Below are positions 37,094 through 45,441 of a stretch of 64,000 nt of DNA, piece by piece (the stretch's first letter is position 1; each line of letters opens with the position of its first letter). The notes beneath the pieces are model-generated. The model was not told the DNA's origin. It did not search any database and saw only the letters and a list, made by a program, of their open reading frames with translations. Both the position numbers and the translations under genes were made by a program. The stretch is from an uncultured Alloprevotella sp. (lineage in GTDB: Bacteria; Bacteroidota; Bacteroidia; Bacteroidales; Bacteroidaceae), in the NCBI GenBank assembly GCA_963544845.1, contig CAUUGL010000007.1, positions 3,471 through 67,470 of the forward strand, read 5' to 3'.

Positions 37094-38221
37094 TTATTGA
37101 GCGGATTTCACATCTGCGGCTTGTTTGAGATTGCCCCGAACGGTGTCGCCTTTCTTAAGACCGGAGCTGACGGCGATGTTTACGCCATCGGAAAGTCCCG
37201 TTTTGATGGGGCGACGGTCGAAGGTCTGCGGCATAACGCCTTTTTTAGAGGTGAGCACGTAGACAAAAGCTTTGTCACCCTCAAACTCAACAGCCGATTC
37301 AGGTACGGCAAGCACGTTGTTGAGCGACTCAAGGACAATTTCGGCATTGGCACTGTAACCCGCACGGATGGTCACCCCACTGCCTACAGTGAGTGCACCT
37401 TTGATTTCAAACTGATTGGCGTTGTTCGTGCCGAGGCTCACCTTAGGAGCAATAAATTCGAGGATGGCATTGAACTTCTTGTCAGGCAATGCACCGATGC
37501 TGATGTTCATCGGCATACCTTTGACCAAGCGCGCTACTTCGGTTTCATCAATGGTGCCATTGAAGAGAAGGTCGCCCATATTGGCTACGGTCGCAATGGT
37601 CGTACCATCGTTGAAGGAGTTGCTCATCACAACAGAGTTGCCGACCTTGACGGGGATGTCGAGAATAAGGCCGTCAATAGTGGAACGGATGAGTGTTGTG
37701 GAAAGGTCGGCCATCGAAGTGCTCACACCTTCTTTGGCGATTTGCAACGCATCGGCAGCGCTGTTCACTTCCTCGCGACTTTGACGCAGAGCCAGTCGAG
37801 CTTTTTCATACTCTTCGGTAGAGATGAGATGGTCGGCATAGAGTTTGCTGGCACGGTCGAAATCGGCCTGTGCCTGCTTGGCGTTCATCTGCGAGAGGCG
37901 TACGCGACTTTCGGCCGAATTGACTTGCCCCATTTCAGGGATTACTTTCACTTTGGCTATTACTTCTCCTTTCTTTACGGTTTGGCCGGCCTCCTTGTAG
38001 AGTTCGGCAATGATGCCGGTAATTTGCGGCTTGATGGCCACTTCGTTGCGCGGTTCGATGGTGCCTGTTACAACGGTGGTGCGGCGAATGATCTCGGTCT
38101 TTGCTGTGAGGAGTTCGTACTCCGTGTCCTTAGGTTGTGACTTTTTGTAAAGGAACACGAAGGTGCCGATGAAAAGGAGAGCGACCAAGACAATGGCAAT
38201 GATTTTGAAAGCTTTTTTCAT
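37094..38221 (-). CDS. efflux transporter periplasmic adaptor subunit (HlyD/MacA-like membrane fusion protein)
   Basis: N-terminal TM anchor followed by lipoyl, hairpin and beta-barrel segments. It lies between the FtsX permeases and TolC. Confidence 0.85.
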   Translation of the reverse strand: MKKAFKIIAIVLVALLFIGTFVFLYKKSQPKDTEYELLTAKTEIIRRTTVVTGTIEPRNEVAIKPQITGIIAELYKEAGQTVKKGEVIAKVKVIPEMGQVNSAESRVRLSQMNAKQAQADFDRASKLYADHLISTEEYEKARLALRQSREEVNSAADALQIAKEGVSTSMADLSTTLIRSTIDGLILDIPVKVGNSVVMSNSFNDGTTIATVANMGDLLFNGTIDETEVARLVKGMPMNISIGALPDKKFNAILEFIAPKVSLGTNNANQFEIKGALTVGSGVTIRAGYSANAEIVLESLNNVLAVPESAVEFEGDKAFVYVLTSKKGVMPQTFDRRPIKTGLSDGVNIAVSSGLKKGDTVRGNLKQAADVKSAQ

Positions 38222-38295
38222 GGTGGGTATGTATTTGTTTTTGTTTCGCAGTGGTGGTTATCTTTAATGTAGGGTGTTGGATGTCTTTTGTGGGA

Positions 38296-39546
38296 CTATT
38301 CGTCGCGAATGGCGTCGATGGGTTTGATGGCGAGTGCGCGGAAGGCGGGTGCGATGCCGGCTGTTGTGCCGAGGAAGGCGAGTGCAAAGGCTGCTCCAAG
38401 CGCCATGGAGAAAGAAATCTGGAATTGGGCGCCGGCAAACTCCGGTGGTGCACCATTGTGGATGCCCATTTCAACAACTGCGAGAATGGCTACGGCCAGT
38501 GCGATGCCTGAAAAACCAGCGAGGAGAGTGAGTACCATACTCTCGGTGAGGATTTGTGAGAGTATATTGCCCGGGCGGGCTCCGATGGCGCGGCGGATTC
38601 CGATTTCGGTGGTGCGCTCCTTGACCACGACCATCATGATGTTGGAAACACCGATGCTGCCGGAGATAAGCGTCCCGATGCCGATGAGCCAAACCAGGAT
38701 GTTGATGCCGTTGAAGAGCGATTGCACCATCTGAAACATGGCTTCCATGTTCATACCCTCGACGGCCTGCTTGTCGTTGGGAGCAATGTGGTGGTTTTTC
38801 TTGAGCAGGTCTTCCACTTGTGTTTGAATGCTGCTTACGGAGTAGCCGGGCTTGGCGGTCACTGCTATGACATCAAACTCGCGACCGCGGTTGTTAAGGC
38901 GCTGCAATGTGCTGTAGGGTACAAAAACGGTGTTTTGCGTGTCGCCACCTACTGCCATCTTGCTGGTGCTGCCAGAGATGCCAACTACTTGAAAGTAGAC
39001 ACCGTTTATGTTGATGAACCTACCTATGGGATTGGGCTGTCCGGGAAAGAGGGTGGTGGCTACCCTGGGACCGATGATGCAGACTTTGCGTAAGTCTCGA
39101 ACATCGACCGATTGGATAAAGCGCCCATGGGTGATTTTGGGGTTCTCAATGGCGGCATAGTCGGGATAAACTCCTTTGATGGTACCAAAATGTTTTTTGT
39201 CGCGATACTTGTAGTTTCCGTTCCAGTCGGCGATGAGTGGTGTGACCACATCGGCATGGCTCACATATTGGCGTACGGAGCGGATGTCGTCGTCGTTCAT
39301 ACTCCACGAGCGTCCAACTTGAAAGCCGCCATAAGGTTTGGAGGTGGTGCCTCCGAAAGCCATATAGGAGTTTTGGGCAAAACCGTCGAATGTGCTTTCC
39401 AAAATGCTTTTCACTCCTTTTGCCCCGCCCATAAGCAGCACAAGCATAAAGATGCCCCAGAAGATGCCAAAGGCTGTGAGCATGGAACGTGACTTGTTGC
39501 GGGTGATGGCTTGAAAGATTTCAGCCCATTTGTCTAAGTCAAACAT
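38296..39546 (-). CDS. ABC transporter permease, FtsX/MacB-type (permease 2)
   Basis: 416 aa with TM1, a large periplasmic MacB_PCD-like domain and the C-terminal FtsX 3-TM module (ERTTEIGIRRAIGA). Confidence 0.85.
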   Translation of the reverse strand: MFDLDKWAEIFQAITRNKSRSMLTAFGIFWGIFMLVLLMGGAKGVKSILESTFDGFAQNSYMAFGGTTSKPYGGFQVGRSWSMNDDDIRSVRQYVSHADVVTPLIADWNGNYKYRDKKHFGTIKGVYPDYAAIENPKITHGRFIQSVDVRDLRKVCIIGPRVATTLFPGQPNPIGRFININGVYFQVVGISGSTSKMAVGGDTQNTVFVPYSTLQRLNNRGREFDVIAVTAKPGYSVSSIQTQVEDLLKKNHHIAPNDKQAVEGMNMEAMFQMVQSLFNGINILVWLIGIGTLISGSIGVSNIMMVVVKERTTEIGIRRAIGARPGNILSQILTESMVLTLLAGFSGIALAVAILAVVEMGIHNGAPPEFAGAQFQISFSMALGAAFALAFLGTTAGIAPAFRALAIKPIDAIRDE

Positions 39547-39702
39547 ATTTTAGTAGAATAGTTGATTGGTCGTTTGGTAGACTAGTTGTTTGGTGGACCA
39601 GTTTTTGGGTAGAATAGAAAGTGGTAGATTGATGAAGTGTGATACTTCTTCAGTGCGGAGGGGACTATGCGCTTTTACCCGTCTACTCATCTGCAGGTCT
39701 AC

Positions 39703-40953
39703 TTATTTCGCATTTAGTGCCTCAATCGGTTTTACCTTCACTGCCTTGCGGGCGGGGAAGAAGCCTGCTATCAAACCGGCGATGATGAGTATGGTGAGGG
39801 CAGAAACTGCGATGCGAAGGTCAATGGTGGGATTGAGGAAGGTGTAGAACTTCTGGTCCATAATCTCCATGACTTGGTCTCCACTCTTATAATCCATCCA
39901 TTCGGTGGCAGCGATGCCGGCCACGAGTCCGACGTAACCGGAGAGAATGGTGATGATGATACTCTCCACCATCACGCTGCGCAGGATGCTCCATGGCCGA
40001 GCGCCAAGGGCTTTGCGAATACCAAATTCGTGGGTGCGCTCTTTGACGGTGATGAGCATGATATTGGAGATGCTGACAACACCGCTCAGTAAAGTGAGCA
40101 GCCCGATGACCCAAAGAGCCTTACGCAGGATACCCATAGTGGTGTCTTGCTCTTTCGCACCTTGGGCGGTATTGTTAATCCAAAGTGCGCTCTCATCAGT
40201 GGGTGAGAAGCGGTGTCGGCGGGAGATGGAGCGACGGACATCGCGTGAAAACTGCGCTGTAGCCTCATCGGTAGACACACCGCTGGTGCGGAGGTTGAGT
40301 TGATCAATGGTGATGCCGGTATTGTAGGCGGTGCGCATGGTCGTGAAGGGGATGTAACTGCGGGCAGCGCCCCACTCTCCCTTATTGCTACGCACTCCGA
40401 TGATGCGGTAGGAAAGCGAATCTACACGGACGAATTTGTCGACAGCTGCTTGAGGCGACCCAAAGAAATCTTCAGCAACCTTGTTCGTGATGACAATCAC
40501 TTTGCGCTGTTGCTCCATGTCAAGATTGTTGATGAAACGGCCGGCTGTCATAGTGATATGGTTCATCTCTGCTGCGAGGGGATAGACCCCTTCAAACCAA
40601 CTATTTACTTGATGCTCACCGCTGATGATACGCATCGTGTTCTTTAGCGAAAGATTGGCCGTGGCATCGGTGATGTGGGTGGGTAGAGCGGTTTGCGTGA
40701 GCGAAATATCCCGTTCGTCGAGTTTTACCCTCCGGTCTTTGGCCAGTCCGTCGAAGGGCTCGGAGGTGTAGCCGGGATAGACTTCTACCACGTCGGAGGC
40801 AAAGTTGTTGCTATTGGCTTCGAAAGCGTGGATGAGGCCATTGCCTGCACCGAGGAGAAAGATGAGCAAGAAGATGCCCACCGATACGCTCAATCCCGTA
40901 AGTGCAGTACGCAACTTGTTTTGGTTGAGGTGGGTTAGGATTTCTTGAAACAT
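39703..40953 (-). CDS. ABC transporter permease, FtsX/MacB-type (permease 1)
   Basis: Same architecture as permease 2 (ERTHEFGIRKALGA). Confidence 0.85.
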   Translation of the reverse strand: MFQEILTHLNQNKLRTALTGLSVSVGIFLLIFLLGAGNGLIHAFEANSNNFASDVVEVYPGYTSEPFDGLAKDRRVKLDERDISLTQTALPTHITDATANLSLKNTMRIISGEHQVNSWFEGVYPLAAEMNHITMTAGRFINNLDMEQQRKVIVITNKVAEDFFGSPQAAVDKFVRVDSLSYRIIGVRSNKGEWGAARSYIPFTTMRTAYNTGITIDQLNLRTSGVSTDEATAQFSRDVRRSISRRHRFSPTDESALWINNTAQGAKEQDTTMGILRKALWVIGLLTLLSGVVSISNIMLITVKERTHEFGIRKALGARPWSILRSVMVESIIITILSGYVGLVAGIAATEWMDYKSGDQVMEIMDQKFYTFLNPTIDLRIAVSALTILIIAGLIAGFFPARKAVKVKPIEALNAK

Positions 40954-41234
40954 GTGTGGGGGATTAGGTTAGTAGACTATGGGTTGGTAGACTAGTAGAG
41001 TAGGAATGGGTTGATTGGTAGAAAACAGGAACAGTGGCTTAGGGACTGATGGATGAAGTGGGTGTGGCGTCGGGTAAATGAGTAGATGATTTGTAGTTGG
41101 GGGCTGAAAAGCAAAAGATAAATGAGACAACCTCTATTTATGCTTTCCTATTCTACTGGTTTACCAACATCTATTCTACAGGTCTACCAAATTACCAATC
41201 TACCAATTTACTATTTTACCAATTTCCCAATCTA

Positions 41235-41945
41235 CTATTTCATGAGTTCACCGAAAGGTTTAGTGTCTGCAGGATTATTGATTTCGATGTTACCGATAAT
41301 ACCATCTTTGATGTGTACAATTTTCTTAGTACGATAGGCTACGCCGCTTTCGTGTGTCACGACAATTACGGTACGTCCCTCAGCGTTGAGATCTGTGAGG
41401 AGCTGCATGACCTCACCCGATGTCGTGGAATCGAGGGCACCGGTAGGTTCGTCAGCGAGAAGGATTTGTGGATTAGTGATAATGCTACGCGCTATGGCAA
41501 CGCGCTGTTTTTGTCCGCCAGAAAGCTCGTTAGGCATGTGGTGCGCCCACTCTTTTAGACCGAGTCGCTCAAGATGTTCCATGGCGATGGCATTGCGCTT
41601 GCGGCGTGAAATGCCTTGATAATAGAGGGGAAGCGCAACGTTTTCGAGGGCGTTCTTATAACCGATGAGATTGAACGATTGAAAAATAAAACCTATCATG
41701 CGGTTGCGATAGTCGGCAGCTTTGGCTTCACTGAGGTTCTTGACGAGTACATCGCCGAGGTAATAGGTTCCTTCGTCGTAGTTGTCGAGAATGCCGAGAA
41801 TGTTGAGCAAGGTGGATTTTCCGCTGCCTGATGCGCCCATGATGCTCACAAATTCGCCGTCTTCAATGTCGAGATTGATGCCTTTGAGCACGTGGAGGGG
41901 TTGTCCGGCGTTGTAGGTTTTATGGATGTTTTCGAGGTGAAGCAT
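41235..41945 (-). CDS. ABC transporter ATP-binding protein (MacB/LolD-type)
   Basis: Walker A GASGSGKST, signature LSGGQKQRVAIARS and Walker [13 protein letters not shown]. Confidence 0.9.
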   Translation of the reverse strand: MLHLENIHKTYNAGQPLHVLKGINLDIEDGEFVSIMGASGSGKSTLLNILGILDNYDEGTYYLGDVLVKNLSEAKAADYRNRMIGFIFQSFNLIGYKNALENVALPLYYQGISRRKRNAIAMEHLERLGLKEWAHHMPNELSGGQKQRVAIARSIITNPQILLADEPTGALDSTTSGEVMQLLTDLNAEGRTVIVVTHESGVAYRTKKIVHIKDGIIGNIEINNPADTKPFGELMK

Positions 41946-42070
41946 AGGTCGGGTAGAATGGTGGTTGAGTTGAAGTGACGTTATGGTGAGAGGACTACTG
42001 AGGAAGAGACCGAAAAGTTGATGAGCAGTTGTGGTACGGTTTACTCTCGTTTCTGTTTTATCACAGTTCG

Positions 42071-42158
42071 ATTTAGTCCCACCGCGGTGGGACTAAATTC
42101 CCACCACGGTGGGACGTTTGTCTCTCCACGGTGGGACATTTTTCTCTCCGCGGTGGGA
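42071..42158. repeat. four direct 22-bp repeats (core CCRCGGTGGGAC) at exact 22-bp phase
   Basis: CGGTGGGAC occurs at 42075, 42097, 42119 and 42141. Units 1 and 4 share CCGCGGTGGGACTAAATT, and units 2 and 3 share CCACGGTGGGAC.TTT.TCTC. Unit 1 lies inside the perfect 26-bp palindrome TTTAGTCCCACCGCGGTGGGACTAAA (42062-42087). Confidence 0.85.
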
Positions 42159-42214
42159 CTAAATTTTATAACCTTCTGGATGGAAAAGGAACAAAACTAA
42201 ATTTCGGATAATCA

Positions 42215-42261
42215 GTCGAAGAGAAGAGGTGGAGAAAGGAAAAAACTCTTTCCCCACCTCA
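42215..42261 (-). terminator. terminator hairpin after the GIN-domain gene
   Basis: On the minus strand, GAGGTGGGGAAAG-loop-CTTTCTCCACCTC is followed by a TTCTCTTC tract. It begins 9 nt after the stop at 42270. Confidence 0.55.
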
Positions 42262-42269
42262 CATATGAA

Positions 42270-43091
42270 TTAGTGGTTGGTGACACTACCTCCCGAACTG
42301 GTATTTCTTTGCAGTGAACGTGCTTTACAATCAATGTCAGCACCACTGGATGCTGTGGCCACGGCTCTTTCAGTGAAAAGTTTGTCGGCAGAGATGTCGG
42401 CACCGCTCGACGCTGTGAAGTTGGCAGTTCTTGCCGTACCTTTACAGTCTACATCGGCACCACTGCTGGCGCTGATATTTACGTTGTCGGCGGTGAGATA
42501 CTCACAGTCAACATCGGCACCTGACGAAGCGGCGATGGTCAAAGAGGGAGTGTTGAAGTTGTTCAAATCGACATCACCCGATGAGGAAGCGGCAATGTTT
42601 ACAGCTGTTGCCGTTCCACCAATGAGTGAAATAGAGCCACTGGAGCTGGTGCTGATGTTGAGAGGGCATTGTAGAGTGAGTGGTTGGAGCACTTTAATCT
42701 CACCTGATGAGGAGGTTTTCATATCGTTGATTGTATACCCCGAGATTTCTACTACGGTGTGGACGGAATTGCCGATGTAGCGTGCTCCTTTTTTGTAGGC
42801 TGCAATCAAGGTATTGCCCGATACGTGGATGTTGAGGAGAGAGGGGTCTTTGAGGTTGGAAGTGACGGTGATGCTTTTTTGTCCCGTAGGGATATAGCGT
42901 ACTTCGATGTCTTGTCGTGCATCGATTTTGGTTACTTCGCTGGTGACATGGAGGGTGCGCACTCTGGAGTGAGGCATTACTTCGAGGCGTGCTTCACTAG
43001 AGGAGTTGATACCGGCAATGACGATTTCTTTGCAGCTCCAGAGGCTGGTAGTCAGAGATAGGGCGAGGAGGGATAGAATAAAACGTTTCAT
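42270..43091 (-). CDS. secreted head-GIN / DUF2807 (DUF4097-like, LiaG-like) beta-helix repeat protein
   Basis: Signal peptide with a cysteine (LWSCKE) and repeated ASSGADVDC / SSSGDVDL units typical of the putative-adhesin GIN domain. Confidence 0.7.
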   Translation of the reverse strand: MKRFILSLLALSLTTSLWSCKEIVIAGINSSSEARLEVMPHSRVRTLHVTSEVTKIDARQDIEVRYIPTGQKSITVTSNLKDPSLLNIHVSGNTLIAAYKKGARYIGNSVHTVVEISGYTINDMKTSSSGEIKVLQPLTLQCPLNISTSSSGSISLIGGTATAVNIAASSSGDVDLNNFNTPSLTIAASSGADVDCEYLTADNVNISASSGADVDCKGTARTANFTASSGADISADKLFTERAVATASSGADIDCKARSLQRNTSSGGSVTNH

Positions 43092-43172
43092 AATTAAAAT
43101 GTTTAGAAGTGTGAAGTGTTTTTTACTAATACGAAAGAGTGATGGATTTGTAACAGGTGGACAGCATGATTT

Positions 43173-43547
43173 TTAGATGTCGGAGGTCTTCTCAAGTAGC
43201 TGTTCTAAACGCAGGGTTACTTGAGACAACGAGATGTTGAGCATCTGCATACTGTGTGCTAAATCGGGGAGCTGTTGGTTGAGAAAATCTTCGCGGCGTG
43301 CGGCGTGGATGATGGTTTGTGCATCGGCGGCAACAAAATATCCCAATCCGCGCTTGGTGTAGAGAATGCCGCGTTGAGCGAGCACATCAAAAGCTTTGAC
43401 GGTGGTGTTGATGTTGACTTGCAGCAGAACGCTGTAGTCGCGAACGCCGGGGACTCGTTCGTCGGCCTTATATTGGCCGGCCATAATCTCATCCATGAGT
43501 CGCTCCGCGATTTGGAGATAGATAGGTTGGCCTTCGCGGAATTTCAT
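43173..43547 (-). CDS. GntR family transcriptional regulator, YtrA subfamily
   Basis: 124 aa. It has a winged-HTH (RVPGVRDYSVLLQVNINTTVKAFDVLAQRGILYTKRGLGYFV) with only a short C-terminal helix pair. Confidence 0.85.
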   Translation of the reverse strand: MKFREGQPIYLQIAERLMDEIMAGQYKADERVPGVRDYSVLLQVNINTTVKAFDVLAQRGILYTKRGLGYFVAADAQTIIHAARREDFLNQQLPDLAHSMQMLNISLSQVTLRLEQLLEKTSDI

Positions 43548-43579
43548 AATGGAGTGAGTTCTGTTTGAGCAGTCCGGGG

Positions 43580-44455
43580 TTAGAGTCCGATGCTGCGGTT
43601 AATAATGACATTGGATTTTTTGAACATACGGTAGGAGAAGTAGATGCATCCGATTGTCCAAAGTAGATGAAATAAGTAGATGGCGACACTTAGCCAAAGA
43701 ATGTACTGCGTGATGCTTTCTGAAGCAATGTCTGTGGGAAAGTCGTCTACGTAGTGCTTGGCTATAAAACTTGCAACTAAGGTTAGAATTAAGGTGATTA
43801 CTACGGAAAGGACGAAGATGAAAGCGGTAGTAAGGATGAATGCGTAGCGACGGAAGAGGGTGCCACCGAGGATATAGGTGGCTTCAGCAGAGAGAAAGAG
43901 AAAGAAAGGTAAGGGGAGAATGAATGCTTCAGGCTGAATAATGATTTGCGTATCAGTATCCTCTATGAGGTCTACGTGCATGAAGTTGAACTGATCTAGC
44001 TGATCGAAGAGATGTAGGGTGACGAGATCACCCCCTTCGCGAACGATGGCTCGTATTACCCAGTTGAGTACGTCGGCCGCAAGGAATGCCACAATAACAC
44101 CTATTACAACAAGTAGTGTGGATTGTATCAAACGACTCACGTACTTTTCCGCACTTGTGGCAGGAAGCATGTAATAGTTGATGCGGGCTTGTTTGGTTTT
44201 GAGATCTGAAAAGATGAAACTGGCACCAATTAGCGTGAAAATGTAGGCTGCAAAGAAAGAAATAAAAGCAACGATTGTATACTCGAAAGTGGCATTGTGG
44301 TGGAGAAAGTAAGGAAAGGCTGTCAATAGTGATATGAAGAAGAAGCCAAGAAACATACCTCCCCATATTTTAAGAAAGTCTTTTCCATGCTCTAGACAGT
44401 CACGTTTGGAAACGTAATAGAAGCGGATTAGGTTGAAGTTGTGATGAGCAAACAT
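43580..44455 (-). CDS. integral membrane protein, putative permease partner of the upstream ABC ATPase
   Basis: 291 aa with about 6 TM helices. Its start lies 28 nt downstream of the ABC ATPase gene stop. Confidence 0.6.
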   Translation of the reverse strand: MFAHHNFNLIRFYYVSKRDCLEHGKDFLKIWGGMFLGFFFISLLTAFPYFLHHNATFEYTIVAFISFFAAYIFTLIGASFIFSDLKTKQARINYYMLPATSAEKYVSRLIQSTLLVVIGVIVAFLAADVLNWVIRAIVREGGDLVTLHLFDQLDQFNFMHVDLIEDTDTQIIIQPEAFILPLPFFLFLSAEATYILGGTLFRRYAFILTTAFIFVLSVVITLILTLVASFIAKHYVDDFPTDIASESITQYILWLSVAIYLFHLLWTIGCIYFSYRMFKKSNVIINRSIGL

Positions 44456-44482
44456 AGTGAGCAGATGTTTAGAGGAAATAAA

Positions 44483-45322
44483 TTATGCATTTTGAGGTGT
44501 CTCGAGTAGATCCGGATGTTGTGTGAGTGCATTAAACAGAAGCTCAAGATTTATCTGCGTGCTTTGAAAACCATCACCGCGTGTAATGAGTGCTGTACCG
44601 GCCAAAGAGGGTTCGGCATAGAGAGCGTCGCTGATGTCTTCTCCATAGGGACGTTGCTCAAACCGCAATTGTTCACAAATATGAGCAGTGGTGTCGTTGA
44701 TTAAGAGATGTTGTCCTTCAAGCATCAATACGCGGTCTATGAGTGTTTCGACATCGTGTACTTGATGAGTCGAGATGATGATGGTTCGCTCATCAGTCAT
44801 ATGCTGAGAGATAACTCGACGGAATTGTGTTTTTGAAGGGATATCTAAACCATTAGTAGGCTCGTCCAGTAGTAGAAGGCGGGTATTGGTGGCGAGGGAA
44901 AAACTCATGAATACCTTTTTCTTCTGACCCATTGAGAGAGCTTCAAGTTGTAAATCGACTGGGAGTTCGAAGTCTCGGAGCACTTGCTCAAGAATCTCGT
45001 TTGAGAACTTTGGATAGAAAGGTCGGTTGAGTTCTACAAAGCGAGAAAGGCTTATGTTGGGTAGATCAAATTCTTCAGGTACAATGAACATCTCTTCTTG
45101 TACTTCAGGACGGCGTATTTGGGTTTCAACCCCCTTATATAATACCTGTCCTTGTTGTGGATGGAGTAGCCCTGCTATAAGATAAAGTAAGGTGGACTTT
45201 CCTGTGCCATTCTTTCCAAGCAACCCAATGATATTGCCTTCTTCAAGGTGAAGTGAGAAGTCGTGGAATACAGCTGGACGACCTGAATGGTATTTGAATG
45301 TGAGATTCTTTATATCTATCAT
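44483..45322 (-). CDS. ABC transporter ATP-binding protein (ABC-2/YtrB-like)
   Basis: Walker A GKNGTGKST, signature LSMGQKKK and Walker B LLLLDEPTNGLD. Confidence 0.85.
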   Translation of the reverse strand: MIDIKNLTFKYHSGRPAVFHDFSLHLEEGNIIGLLGKNGTGKSTLLYLIAGLLHPQQGQVLYKGVETQIRRPEVQEEMFIVPEEFDLPNISLSRFVELNRPFYPKFSNEILEQVLRDFELPVDLQLEALSMGQKKKVFMSFSLATNTRLLLLDEPTNGLDIPSKTQFRRVISQHMTDERTIIISTHQVHDVETLIDRVLMLEGQHLLINDTTAHICEQLRFEQRPYGEDISDALYAEPSLAGTALITRGDGFQSTQINLELLFNALTQHPDLLETPQNA

Positions 45323-45370
45323 GGCGTTGAGAGTTTAAGAATTGCAGTGTAATAGTTCAATAGAACACCG

Positions 45371-45378
45371 CAAAAGTA
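45371..45378 (-). promoter_or_regulatory. candidate -7 box (TACTTTTG on the minus strand) for the YtrA-type operon
   Basis: TAnnTTTG match about 50 nt upstream of the ATG at 45322. Confidence 0.4.
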
Positions 45379-45441
45379 AGAGGAAATAAAGTATCTACCA
45401 AATAATACGGCAGGAAAATGGATGAAAGCCTCTATTTTTAA

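Noticed and set aside
37097-38140. 347-aa ORF on the + strand
   Set aside because: It is entirely antisense to the well-supported membrane-fusion-protein gene (37094..38221). It has a Gly/Arg/Val-rich shadow-frame composition and no motif.
41097-41558. 153-aa and 71-aa + strand ORFs with LPNYQSTNLLFYQFPNLLF repeats
   Set aside because: These are translations of the TCTACCAA word array running into the antisense of the ABC ATPase gene.
42062-42158. Possible miniature CRISPR array
   Set aside because: The units are 22 bp in total, with only about 9 bp between conserved cores. No spacer-sized unique segments are present, and no cas genes lie nearby.
42018-42200. 60-aa ORF (…SPTAVGLNSHHGGTFVSPRWD…)
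   Set aside because: It is only the translation of the four 22-bp repeats. The region is better explained as non-coding.
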